Both the position numbers and the translations under genes were made by a program. Below are positions 40,112 through 48,951 of a stretch of 64,000 bases of DNA, in pieces. Origin of the DNA: Candidatus Obscuribacterales bacterium (lineage in GTDB: Bacteria; Cyanobacteriota; Vampirovibrionia; Obscuribacterales; Obscuribacteraceae); the NCBI GenBank assembly GCA_965228855.1, contig CBDDIJ010000002.1, positions 1,664,001-1,728,000 of the forward strand, read 5' to 3'. The number at the start of each line of letters is the position of its first letter. Within the stretch, counting starts at the first letter, position 1. The notes beneath the pieces are model-generated. The model was not told where the DNA came from, searched no databases, and saw only the letters and a list, made by a program, of their open reading frames with translations.

Positions 40112-40999
40112 ATGCAGATGCTCAGTCAGAAACCGAAGCTAGGACTTTCCTTAATGCCTTCTGAGGATTTTCAGCAGGCGACCCTTGAGTTGTTTGAACA
40201 AGATCGAGTTGAGGTGGTTGAGTGGAGTTTCGATTTCGCGTTGACCGGTGCCGAGATCGATGTTTGGTCTGCGCAAATTCTTGATCGGTTCAGTAACAAA
40301 AATGCTTTGCTTGGTCACGGTGTGAATCTATCACCGCTATCGGCGAGCTTTTCCGAGCGGCAGGAAAAGTGGTTGGCGCATGCGCGCAGTGAGTTTGAAT
40401 TTAGAAAGTACGTGCATGCTTCGGAACATTTTGGATTCTCGGAGGCGGGACCGATTGCTCACGGCGCACCGTTGGCGGTGCCAATGACTCCTGAATCGCT
40501 CCGTCGCGGCAAGGAGATGCTTAAGCGATACGCTGATGCCGTCCAGTGTCCGGTTGGATTAGAGAATCTGGCGTTTGCCTTTTGCATGGAGGACGTTAAA
40601 CGGCAAGGCGAGTTTATCGATCAATTAATTTCCTCTGTCGATGGATTTTTGCTTTTAGATGCCCATAACATTTATTGCCAGGTTGAAAACTTCGGAGTGC
40701 CTGAACGCGAACTATTGGATTCTTACCCGCTCTCAAAAGTCCGTGAGATACACCTGTCGGGCGGTTCGTGGAGTTTCTCCGAGTCCGGAGCACGACTCGC
40801 TGTGAGGAGAGATACTCATGACGATGTGGTCCCGCAGGAGGTCTTCAATATTGCCACTTTGGCTTTGAAGCTTTGTCCAAGCATTCAGTATGTTATCCTT
40901 GAGCGACTCGCGTACACCATGATGGAACCAGAGCAGCAGCAAGGTTTTCGCGAAGATTTTGAAACCATTGAGGAGATTCTGGAGCTTTGCTATGTCTGA
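40112..40999 (+). CDS. DUF692 family multinuclear non-heme iron oxidative enzyme (MNIO)
   Basis: Fe-ligand motifs GHGVNLS, SEHFGF, GLENL, LLLDAHNIY, EIHLSGG, RDTHD, VILER. Confidence 0.95.
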   Translation: MQMLSQKPKLGLSLMPSEDFQQATLELFEQDRVEVVEWSFDFALTGAEIDVWSAQILDRFSNKNALLGHGVNLSPLSASFSERQEKWLAHARSEFEFRKYVHASEHFGFSEAGPIAHGAPLAVPMTPESLRRGKEMLKRYADAVQCPVGLENLAFAFCMEDVKRQGEFIDQLISSVDGFLLLDAHNIYCQVENFGVPERELLDSYPLSKVREIHLSGGSWSFSESGARLAVRRDTHDDVVPQEVFNIATLALKLCPSIQYVILERLAYTMMEPEQQQGFREDFETIEEILELCYV

Positions 41000-41195
41000 A
41001 GAGTCTGATTTTAAACGGTTTCAAGACGCGCTTGCGGAGCTGCTTGCGAGCGGTTTAACGCAATCGGAAATTCTTGATACGCTGAAAGCCGATTCGCGCT
41101 TTGATTGCTATCGCGAATACGTTGATAGCTTTGAACCGGATATGGTGGCAGTCGCTTGTGAGCTTATGGGGCGATGGGCGAAGCGCAAAGAATGA
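40992..41195 (+). CDS. 67-aa helical protein coupled to DUF692; candidate MNIO partner
   Basis: ATG 40992 overlaps the DUF692 stop (40997-40999), with GGAG upstream; MSEESDFKRFQDALAELL...EPDMVAVACELMGRWAKRKE. Confidence 0.75.
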   Translation: MSEESDFKRFQDALAELLASGLTQSEILDTLKADSRFDCYREYVDSFEPDMVAVACELMGRWAKRKE

Positions 41196-41216
41196 CCGTT
41201 TGAAGTTTCAAGTGGC

Positions 41217-41477
41217 TCAAGCTAGTTCGGGCGGAGGTCCCATCAATGGTCCAGTGTAGCTGCACGAGTTGCATCGGACCATTTGGCCTTCAGTCACCCA
41301 GTCACACGCCGATATGCAAGTTCTGGACGATTTGCGCTTTGGCTCGCCCTTGACTTTTGGCGTGCGAAAAATTTGATCGCAAAACGAACATCGCATGACG
41401 ACCCAATCGCCTTCTTCGTGAAGGACCGGTCCGTAGTGCTTATAGTGGCAGAGATCTTCGTCTAAATCGTCAAACAT
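41217..41477 (-). CDS. Small protein with two Zn-ribbon-like modules
   Basis: CHYKH...EEGDWVVMRCSFC and CISAC...TEGQMVRCNSC; 7 Cys. Alternative TTG start at 41486. Confidence 0.65.
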   Translation of the reverse strand: MFDDLDEDLCHYKHYGPVLHEEGDWVVMRCSFCDQIFRTPKVKGEPKRKSSRTCISACDWVTEGQMVRCNSCSYTGPLMGPPPELA

Positions 41478-41537
41478 GGTTTTCAACTCGCCATAGAATT
41501 TTAAGGCGCCCGGCGACCATGTTCCAGCAAAGTTGTC

Positions 41538-43343
41538 TTAGAAGCAAGAGCGAACCGGTTTACTTGTTGAGCGGGCTGAGTTTTTGTATTTCGGAACAAT
41601 GTTAAAAGTGTTGAAGTATCGTCTCTCTGGATCCAAACATTTATAGACCGCATTTTCAGTGAACCAGCCATTGTCTGGACCCATTCTGGAACCACCTTTT
41701 CGTTCTCGCCAACCTGTCACTTTGTCGGTAAGTCTGTCAAGCCGGAATTCTATAGAACGGCTCGCATTGCCACACCAGTTTCCACTATTTAAGCGAAAGT
41801 AGATGATCTCATCTTTGTCATTTGTGCTGCTCCTGCTGAGTAAGCGATAAATTTCACTTCGGTCCATGCCGATTACATCGTAGTCATCTAAAAATTTTCG
41901 CCATAAGTCTACTCTGTTCATGGACTGTTCCTGGTCCAAGCGTTTCCACTCGTCCGGATCAAAGCCGCCCGGTCTTTTATTGCGGACAATGAAAGTGTCA
42001 CCATCCTTTTGGATTTCGCTGAAGCTGCAAGGGACCACAATTTTGCCAAGTTTATTTGATACGCCCCAGCGTAGTTCGTGCTTTTGGTTCTTGGCCTCAG
42101 CTAAGCGAGCAAAGCCTTCACCTATATTCTCTATTTCATAAAATTGAGCATTCAGTACAATCCGTCCCAATGAGTTCATTAGTCCGAGCTTCTTTCTTGC
42201 GACTTCATTGTTGTCTTCGTCGAGTATATCGATATCATCTGAAGCGCTTCCACCCTCGCCGAAGATCCATAAACCGTCTTTCGAGCGAGCGTCAAGAAAG
42301 GTAACTCTGGGTGGGAGTTTAAGCATCAATTCTCCAGCACGCGAGAGCAGCATCCATCGCCCATCTTTGACGCCGGCGAGTTTGTCTCCCTGAAGTTCAA
42401 GCACTGTATATAGTGGCTCAATCACAAATTTTCCGGATCTATCGATGATGCCTGAATGTGTTTCGTCAACACTGACAAATGCAAATGTTTTATTCAAAAA
42501 ATCGCCTGCACTGAAGAATGGTCCGGCTACAATCTCTCCTGAAGTGTCAATGAAGGCAGCCTTTTTAGAGCCTCCATGGAGCATCTCCACAACTGCTCGA
42601 CCGTTGTGAAAGTCTCGCCCGCTTGCGAATCTACCTGGTTCAACTGCCAGGGTTCCGCTTTCGTCAAAGTAGCAGATCGAAACTGCGTCTGGGCCGTAAG
42701 TTCTTGCCCGAAGCAAACCGTCGCAATATCGATGCGACTCTAAGTGAATTGTTTGTGAGAAAGTTAATAGGACTTTGCCGCCACTAGCAATCAGCTCAGT
42801 TCTTTTGAACCCATCATCTTGGTAGGACTCACGGATAAATCGATCTGACCCAAGGTATTGCAGACTGGAGCACTTTGATAGTGGGACAAGAATATTGCCG
42901 TCTCTGTCACAGAAACCGCGCTCACCAGCAGAATTCTCGATCTCAAACATCTCATCGCCCCGGAAGAAATATCTGGTGATCGACGTCGGAAGATTGGGAG
43001 GTCGTTCTTGACTCTGCTTCTTAGTGCCGTTACTTTCTGAGCCGGACTTCGATTCTTCGCCAGCTGGCTTCTTTTGTCCCTTGGCGTTTACCAAGAACGC
43101 GTCATGATTCTTGTCCAAGTAGTGAGGTTCTACCAAAAACCATCCGTCAGCTCTTTTTGTAATACGTCCATAAATTGGCTTCGCCAAAATGTTTCCGTCT
43201 TTATCGATCAAACCAAAATCGTCAGCTCCGGCCGAAGTGTGGAAACCTAAGACGACGAAGGCTGAGACCGCATACAGTATCACTTTTGGCAAGTGATTCA
43301 AGCCGACTGTAATTAAGCTCTTCCTGATAGACGCTCGCTTCAT
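41538..43343 (-). CDS. Exported WG-repeat (KWG-like) protein
   Basis: Repeats FGLIDKDGNIL, GFCDRDGNIL, FIDTSGEIV, GIIDRSGKFVIEP, WGVSNKLGKIVVP; N-terminal signal sequence. Confidence 0.88.
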   Translation of the reverse strand: MKRASIRKSLITVGLNHLPKVILYAVSAFVVLGFHTSAGADDFGLIDKDGNILAKPIYGRITKRADGWFLVEPHYLDKNHDAFLVNAKGQKKPAGEESKSGSESNGTKKQSQERPPNLPTSITRYFFRGDEMFEIENSAGERGFCDRDGNILVPLSKCSSLQYLGSDRFIRESYQDDGFKRTELIASGGKVLLTFSQTIHLESHRYCDGLLRARTYGPDAVSICYFDESGTLAVEPGRFASGRDFHNGRAVVEMLHGGSKKAAFIDTSGEIVAGPFFSAGDFLNKTFAFVSVDETHSGIIDRSGKFVIEPLYTVLELQGDKLAGVKDGRWMLLSRAGELMLKLPPRVTFLDARSKDGLWIFGEGGSASDDIDILDEDNNEVARKKLGLMNSLGRIVLNAQFYEIENIGEGFARLAEAKNQKHELRWGVSNKLGKIVVPCSFSEIQKDGDTFIVRNKRPGGFDPDEWKRLDQEQSMNRVDLWRKFLDDYDVIGMDRSEIYRLLSRSSTNDKDEIIYFRLNSGNWCGNASRSIEFRLDRLTDKVTGWRERKGGSRMGPDNGWFTENAVYKCLDPERRYFNTFNIVPKYKNSARSTSKPVRSCF

Positions 43344-43571
43344 AAACTTCTCGAATCATGCACGAAACTCACCTAATTCTAAATCAATCGTCAAATCTTG
43401 GCTTAGGTTGCGAGGTTGATGTGAATGGCGGCCGCCGTACGAACTCATCCTTCACCCGGGTGATTTTGCTCGTCGCGTTGCACAACTGCAGTATGCGCAG
43501 ACCGCTGCTGCCGGACAGGTTGCTGCTTTATGTGGGATGGGTTAACGACGAAGGCGGTCGGGATAGAAAAA

Positions 43572-43595
43572 GGGCTCGCGAGTTTTCGCGAACCC
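43572..43595 (-). terminator. Intrinsic terminator of the hemerythrin gene
   Basis: On the minus strand gggttcgcga-aaac-tcgcgagccc is followed by ttttt. Confidence 0.75.
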
Positions 43596-43618
43596 CAGGA
43601 GCTTGTATTTACCTCCGC

Positions 43619-44500
43619 TTAGCGACTTTTCTTGCGCTTAGATTGAGTGGAAGAAGCTTTCTTTCTGCCCGCCGCAGAGGCTGGTTTCGACTTCGCTCCA
43701 GCTTTCTTCGCGGTGCTCTTCTTTGTCGACGAGGCGCGAGTTTTTGAACTACTCATTTTACTTTTCGCCTTTGAGCTTGTTTTTGTTCCAGTCCTGGACG
43801 CTGTTTTTCCAGAGGCTTTTGAGCTTGTTTTCTTCGCGCCAGCTTTTGCCTTTGTCTTAGTGGCAGTGCGGCCCTTCTGTTTAGGCTTCGCGGTTTTCTT
43901 TGCTGCAGTCGTTTTCGCTTTTGATTTCGATGCCGGTTTTTTCTTCGTTGCTTTCTGCATGGCAGGAGATTGCAGCGGTTCTACGGCGTCCAGATCGCTG
44001 TAGGTTTCCTGTAACTCCATTTTGAGGTCCAGCATTTTTTCTTTCAGTTCGTCGAAATCGATGTCCAGCTCTCTGAGCGCGGGGAACATCTCTTCCTCTT
44101 CTTCCTTGATATGGTGCTTCACAAGTTCGGATAGCACCTTAAACTTGGCATCGAACTTCTCATCGCTTTCGTCCATTCCTTTCATCTCTGTAATGACGAA
44201 ATCAACGACGCGGTGCTCTTCTTCTGCTTCGAGTTTCAGGTCTTCGTCTTCTTCATCGTCGCTTTCTTCAAGCAAAGGATAAACAAGCTCCTCTTCCAAT
44301 TTCGTATGCACGACTAGTGAAAGAACAGTGTCAACAAAGATTGAATATTTTTCGCCATCGCCCGATGCGCTTTCAAATTTTTCAAAGTTTTCTTTCACAT
44401 GGGCGTGGTCCATTTTTAACATCTCCAGCGGGTCGCTTACCGCTCTCAATGTTTCAAAATCTTCCTTCTCGTGTGAAACCACTTTCAATTTTGCATTCAT
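43619..44500 (-). CDS. Hemerythrin/HHE cation-binding domain with a Lys/Ala/Ser-rich histone-like tail
   Basis: LKMDH, VHTKLEEELVYP, EEEH, HHIKEEEEEMFP motifs; about 110-aa basic low-complexity C-terminus. Confidence 0.9.
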   Translation of the reverse strand: MNAKLKVVSHEKEDFETLRAVSDPLEMLKMDHAHVKENFEKFESASGDGEKYSIFVDTVLSLVVHTKLEEELVYPLLEESDDEEDEDLKLEAEEEHRVVDFVITEMKGMDESDEKFDAKFKVLSELVKHHIKEEEEEMFPALRELDIDFDELKEKMLDLKMELQETYSDLDAVEPLQSPAMQKATKKKPASKSKAKTTAAKKTAKPKQKGRTATKTKAKAGAKKTSSKASGKTASRTGTKTSSKAKSKMSSSKTRASSTKKSTAKKAGAKSKPASAAGRKKASSTQSKRKKSR

Positions 44501-44727
44501 GCGTTTTCTCCTCGACCATCTATTTTGATTGCGTTCTATTGTCTAAGTAGCAAGAAATAAACAGCTAATGCTGCGGTAATGGGCATCAGTACTGGTGTCG
44601 CGGAAACTCACTTGGGTGGCAAACGTCAAGTTACCCATAGGTTAGAAAAGGAAGGCACTGTGGATGGTGTCATTGTTTTCTTCTTGCCGGATGGTCGGCA
44701 CTTCGGGCTCAGGCTTTTTTACATGAA

Positions 44728-44757
44728 AGAAGAGCAGCTCGTACGAGCTGCTCTTCT
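44728..44757. terminator. Perfect 30-bp palindrome, probable terminator of the BON/stress-protein operon
   Basis: agaagagcagctcgtacgagctgctcttct is its own reverse complement; lies 26 nt past the stop at 44784. Confidence 0.75.
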
Positions 44758-44783
44758 GAAGGTCCGGTTGGTTCGAGGCGGAT

Positions 44784-45323
44784 TTAGTTTTTCTTCACAG
44801 CTGCTTCGCCGACACGGTGAATGTCAGTTGCGTTATTTGCTTTGAAGATTTCCTCAGCTTTTTTGAGCTGCTCTTTGTCGTCGCTATGTGCAGCGATCAA
44901 GATGTTGCCGTCGCGAATTTTGCCTTCGTACATTTTGGCTTCGTACTCAGGAATTCCCATTCCGATAAGGGCTCCGGCGACTCCAGCGACGGTAGCTCCG
45001 ACTGCAGCGCCGCTGAGTGCTGCCATAATCGGTCCTGCTGCGATCAGTGGACCGACACCAGGGATGGCGAGAGCGCCAATGCCGGCTAAGAGTCCGAGCG
45101 CGCCGCCAATTATACCGCCTGTAGTGGCGCCTGTTACTGCGCCTTCCGGTGCTTTACTTGCAGCGTCGTGAGCGAAATCTTTAGCGCCTTCTTTATCTGG
45201 AAACAGAATCGAGATGTTGCTGTCGATAAATCCGAAGGACTTGAGTTCGGAAACGAGTTGCTCTGCCTGCGGGGTGGATTGAACTATTCCAACAATTGCG
45301 TGGTTTTTCATTTTGTACTCCAT
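44784..45323 (-). CDS. General-stress membrane protein with glycine zipper (YflT/17M- or DUF3341-like)
   Basis: AEQLVSELKSFGF..ISIL, GATTGGIIGGALGLLAGIGALAIPGVGPLIAAGP, GMGIPEYEAKMYE..IRDGNILI. Confidence 0.85.
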   Translation of the reverse strand: MEYKMKNHAIVGIVQSTPQAEQLVSELKSFGFIDSNISILFPDKEGAKDFAHDAASKAPEGAVTGATTGGIIGGALGLLAGIGALAIPGVGPLIAAGPIMAALSGAAVGATVAGVAGALIGMGIPEYEAKMYEGKIRDGNILIAAHSDDKEQLKKAEEIFKANNATDIHRVGEAAVKKN

Positions 45324-45353
45324 TTAGTTTGAATCTGACGGGTGGGTTTGTTT

Positions 45354-45758
45354 CTAATGAGGTTTTTTCGCAACGGTCAAAAGATTTTTCACTGACGTTA
45401 CGCAGCTACATCCTTTAGCTACTGACTCGACCTTCGCTTTTTCTTCTTCGCTATCGACGGCTCCGCGCAGAGTTACAACACCTTTTGAGAAAAGGATTTT
45501 GCAGTTCTTTGCGTCCATCGATAGGTCGCTGTCCATAACAGCTTTCCTGATCGCAGCAAGCGACTCGACGTCATCTTTTTTGTTGCTTTGTTTGTCGGCG
45601 GTTACGGCTTCTTCTTGAGTCGCTCCGCGGTTTTGAGCAGTGTTATCTGCTTTCGGCGCTTCCTTTGCGAAAGACGCGCTTCCGATGCTGAGCATGGCTA
45701 CAACCAGAGCCAATGATTTAATTGTTCGCATAAAACTCCTTTGAATTTTGTTGAACAT
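45354..45758 (-). CDS. Periplasmic BON-domain protein (OsmY-like)
   Basis: Signal peptide; ADNTAQN..TADKQ; GVVTLRGAVDSEEEK...VTSVKNLLTV. Confidence 0.9.
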   Translation of the reverse strand: MFNKIQRSFMRTIKSLALVVAMLSIGSASFAKEAPKADNTAQNRGATQEEAVTADKQSNKKDDVESLAAIRKAVMDSDLSMDAKNCKILFSKGVVTLRGAVDSEEEKAKVESVAKGCSCVTSVKNLLTVAKKPH

Positions 45759-46262
45759 GGACTTCTATCTGCGAGTGGTCGAGGTCGTTCTTCCTGAGTT
45801 CCTTTGTCTTAAACTTCAAGCGGCTATCTCTCAAGCAGCGAGCGGCTGATGAGGTGTTCCACTTGTAATACAGGCGCAAGAAAATCGAACTTCAAGAGAC
45901 AACGAAATCGAACTCGAAGCATTGAGTGGTTAGTAGCAAAACGCAACCGTGTCGATGTCACCTAATTTTCATAGTGAGATAAAATCTCGCACAGCCAGCC
46001 CTGTCTCGTGTTCCACGCACTGTCCGGCAGGGGGGATTGCTGACAACCGGGGAATATTGCTTGCAGTTTGCAAGAGTCGAACATTCAGGTGAGGCCGCAA
46101 TGCTGATGAGTGTTATGAAGATTTGCGCAAGCTTCTTCAGTTTGACATGATGGTGCTTGTAAGTGCGCAAGGCTATTCAAAATTTTCGTGACAAAACCGC
46201 TATACGAAATAAACCTGGCTTTCCGCTTCGCTAGTTCTTTGGGCTAGTGTCGACGGCTCCGC

Positions 46263-47003
46263 TCAAGAATTTGCCTGGGTGGTCATATAGGCGCCTAATA
46301 TCAGAATCAACGAAAAAACTATCAGGCGAAATTGTTTATCCGATATGCAGGAGAGAAGTTTTTTTCCTGCCATGGTGCCTACAACGCATCCTGCTGTTGC
46401 GATTGCAACTAGCGGCCAAATGTTGAGCAGATCCTTTCCTTCGGTGACAAAGTAAACAGGCATGCGAGCTAGGTCGACGATGACACCTATCGCTGTCGCG
46501 GTAGATACGAGTTCCTCCTTCGACAAGTTCAAACCGAGAAGAGCGGCCGAGCGAATCCCGCCTTGATTCCCAACGAGTCCCCCGAGTCCGCCCGAACATA
46601 GCCCTGCTAACCAGGACCATGAGTGATTTATGCGGAACTTCTGAAACCAGCCTGACAAGCCGGTTAAGCCAACATAGATCAGTAAAAATGCGAAGAGATA
46701 TATTAGTAGTGGTGAATTGACCTTTGCATGAAAGACCGCGCCTAATAATCCGCCAAGCGCGCTGAAACTGCCGAACTTGATAAATACTTGACGATTGATA
46801 TTCTTGCGCAACATCCAAAATCGCAATGAAGTTGCAACAAGATGAGGCACCGATATTGCAGCCACTGCAAGTTTTAAGTCTATTTGCGTGGACAACAGTG
46901 GTGTCAGCAGACTGCCGATGCCAAAGCCGGAAAGCGCCGCAACGCCAGCTGCAAATGCACTTACCGTAAACAAAATAATTTGAAAACTATCCGGTGTAAC
47001 CAT
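46263..47003 (-). CDS. TauE/SafE (TSUP) family transporter
   Basis: GFGIGSLLTPLL and GGLVGNQGGIRSAALL; about 8 TM. Confidence 0.9.
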   Translation of the reverse strand: MVTPDSFQIILFTVSAFAAGVAALSGFGIGSLLTPLLSTQIDLKLAVAAISVPHLVATSLRFWMLRKNINRQVFIKFGSFSALGGLLGAVFHAKVNSPLLIYLFAFLLIYVGLTGLSGWFQKFRINHSWSWLAGLCSGGLGGLVGNQGGIRSAALLGLNLSKEELVSTATAIGVIVDLARMPVYFVTEGKDLLNIWPLVAIATAGCVVGTMAGKKLLSCISDKQFRLIVFSLILILGAYMTTQANS

Positions 47004-47170
47004 GTCTCTTTATGCGATCGGTTTCAACTTTGTTCGATTCTTATGGCTGAGTGCCACGCAAAATGCGTTGTCCTAAAGTCTGACACATGTGTCAGCAGAA
47101 CATGCAGTTTCTGACGTCGTGTCAATTCGATAATGACGATATAGACGAAGGAACGCAATAGCAAAGGACG

Positions 47171-47644
47171 GTGAACCGAATGCAAGCAACGCTGACAATC
47201 CTGTTGCTCGTTATCTCGAACGTGTTTATGACAATGGCTTGGTATGGGCATCTCCGCTTCAGATCCGCTCCACTCTGGGAGGTGATCGTAATTAGCTGGC
47301 TAATTGCATTTCTGGAATACTGCTTTCAAGTGCCGGCTAATCGAATGGGCAGCTACGAATTCACTGCTGCTCAGTTGAAAATTATTCAAGAGGTGATCAC
47401 TCTGATTGTGTTCGGCGCATTTTCGGTTCTTTATCTGAAACAACAGTTCCATTGGAATTACGCAGTTGCATTTGCGCTAATTGTCGGTGCCGTCTTTTTC
47501 GTATTCACGGGGGATGGTGACGTCGCGCAGGAGCAGAACAAATGCACAGCGCCAGAGAAATTAGATGTCAAAAAGGTTTCTGTTTCCGATCTTCACGCGG
47601 CGTGTGTGGAAATCGAATTTCCTGATCGAATATCGCCATCTTAG
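47171..47644 (+). CDS. DMT family membrane protein (DUF486)
   Basis: SNVFMTMAWYGHL, SWLIAFLEYCFQVPANRMG, QLKIIQEVITL. Confidence 0.92.
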   Translation: MNRMQATLTILLLVISNVFMTMAWYGHLRFRSAPLWEVIVISWLIAFLEYCFQVPANRMGSYEFTAAQLKIIQEVITLIVFGAFSVLYLKQQFHWNYAVAFALIVGAVFFVFTGDGDVAQEQNKCTAPEKLDVKKVSVSDLHAACVEIEFPDRISPS

Positions 47645-47691
47645 AGAATCTAAGAGCACTTGTCGCGCTAATTTTAGTTAGAGAGGAGCTG

Positions 47692-48951
47692 ATGACAAGC
47701 GAGCTGAACACCGATAAGAGCAGGACAATTGTGAGCAATCAAAGTCTGCGCGCTCTCGACTGTTTGAACATAATGATAGGGGATGTTCTTGGCGGCTTGG
47801 GACCATATCTGGCTGCCTATCTGAGGACCGCTCAGCAATGGGATCAAGCCAGTATTGGTGCGGCGCTGTCTGCGATGGGCATTGCTACGATTCTTTCCCA
47901 AACACCTGCCGGTGCGCTGGTCGATCGTTTGAAACAGAAGCGCATTCTTCTTTGCGGCGCGGCAGGTGTCATGAGTCTGACCTGCGTCGTCATCACCGTT
48001 TTCAGTCAGTTCTACGCGGTCATGACAGCGCAGATAATTTACGGAATCGGTGCTGCCGTTGCCGGTCCTTGCATCGTGGCGATCAGTTTGGGGTTAGTTG
48101 GACACAAGAGATTCGCATCGCGAATCGCCCGAAATGAGGCTTACAATCACGTCGGAAACGTCGCGGCGGCCGTGCTGGTTGGTCTGGCGGGCTTTCTAAT
48201 ATCGCCAATCTGTGTCTTTTACCTAATCGCGCTTTTCAGCGTGGGGAGCATAGTTGCTACCTCTTATATACGTGAAGACGAGATAGATCACGATGTTGCT
48301 TCAGGCGCAGTCGAAAGTACGTCGAGTAAGCCTGAGATCAACATTGCCGCTCTTTTGAGCAATAAACATATTGCTGCTTTCGGAATTGCTGTGTTTCTGT
48401 TTCACCTTTCTAATGCCGCCATGCTACCTCTTGCGGGTCAATACCTTTCAGAAGGTCGACCCAGGGAAGCGCCTCTATGGATTTCCGCCTGTGTCGTCTC
48501 GGCTCAATTTGTGATGGTGCCCGTGAGCCTCTGGGCTGGACGGGCTGCACAAACATGGGGACGCAAACCTGTATTCTTGATTGGATTTTCTGTGTTGCCA
48601 ATTAGGGGTTTTCTTTACACGCTGAACAGCAGCCCGTTCTGGGTAGTTCCTGTACAACTTTTGGACGGCATCGGTGCCGGTATTTTTGGTGTTCTTGCCT
48701 CCGTAATCGTCGCCGATCTCACAAAAGGTACCAGGCACTACAATGTTACTCGCGGCGCGATAATTACAGCACAGGGATTTGGAGCCGTGCTGAGTAATCT
48801 TCTGGCTGGATTTCTTGTTGCGAGATTCGGATATGTCAGCGGTTTTCTCTTTCTCGCCCTCACCGGACTAGCAGGCCTGGTAATCTGTTGTCTTGGACTA
48901 CCGGAAACTCGTAACCTCGAGCCCGAATTGGGAAGTTTCAAAGATGGCTAG
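47692..48951 (+). CDS. MFS transporter
   Basis: About 12 TM; GALVDRLKQKR (motif A); QLLDGIGAGIFG. Confidence 0.92.
   Translation: MTSELNTDKSRTIVSNQSLRALDCLNIMIGDVLGGLGPYLAAYLRTAQQWDQASIGAALSAMGIATILSQTPAGALVDRLKQKRILLCGAAGVMSLTCVVITVFSQFYAVMTAQIIYGIGAAVAGPCIVAISLGLVGHKRFASRIARNEAYNHVGNVAAAVLVGLAGFLISPICVFYLIALFSVGSIVATSYIREDEIDHDVASGAVESTSSKPEINIAALLSNKHIAAFGIAVFLFHLSNAAMLPLAGQYLSEGRPREAPLWISACVVSAQFVMVPVSLWAGRAAQTWGRKPVFLIGFSVLPIRGFLYTLNSSPFWVVPVQLLDGIGAGIFGVLASVIVADLTKGTRHYNVTRGAIITAQGFGAVLSNLLAGFLVARFGYVSGFLFLALTGLAGLVICCLGLPETRNLEPELGSFKDG

Noticed and set aside
45958..46170. 70-aa ORF with several Cys
   Set aside because: It has a TTG start, no RBS and no recognisable pattern, so it cannot be supported.
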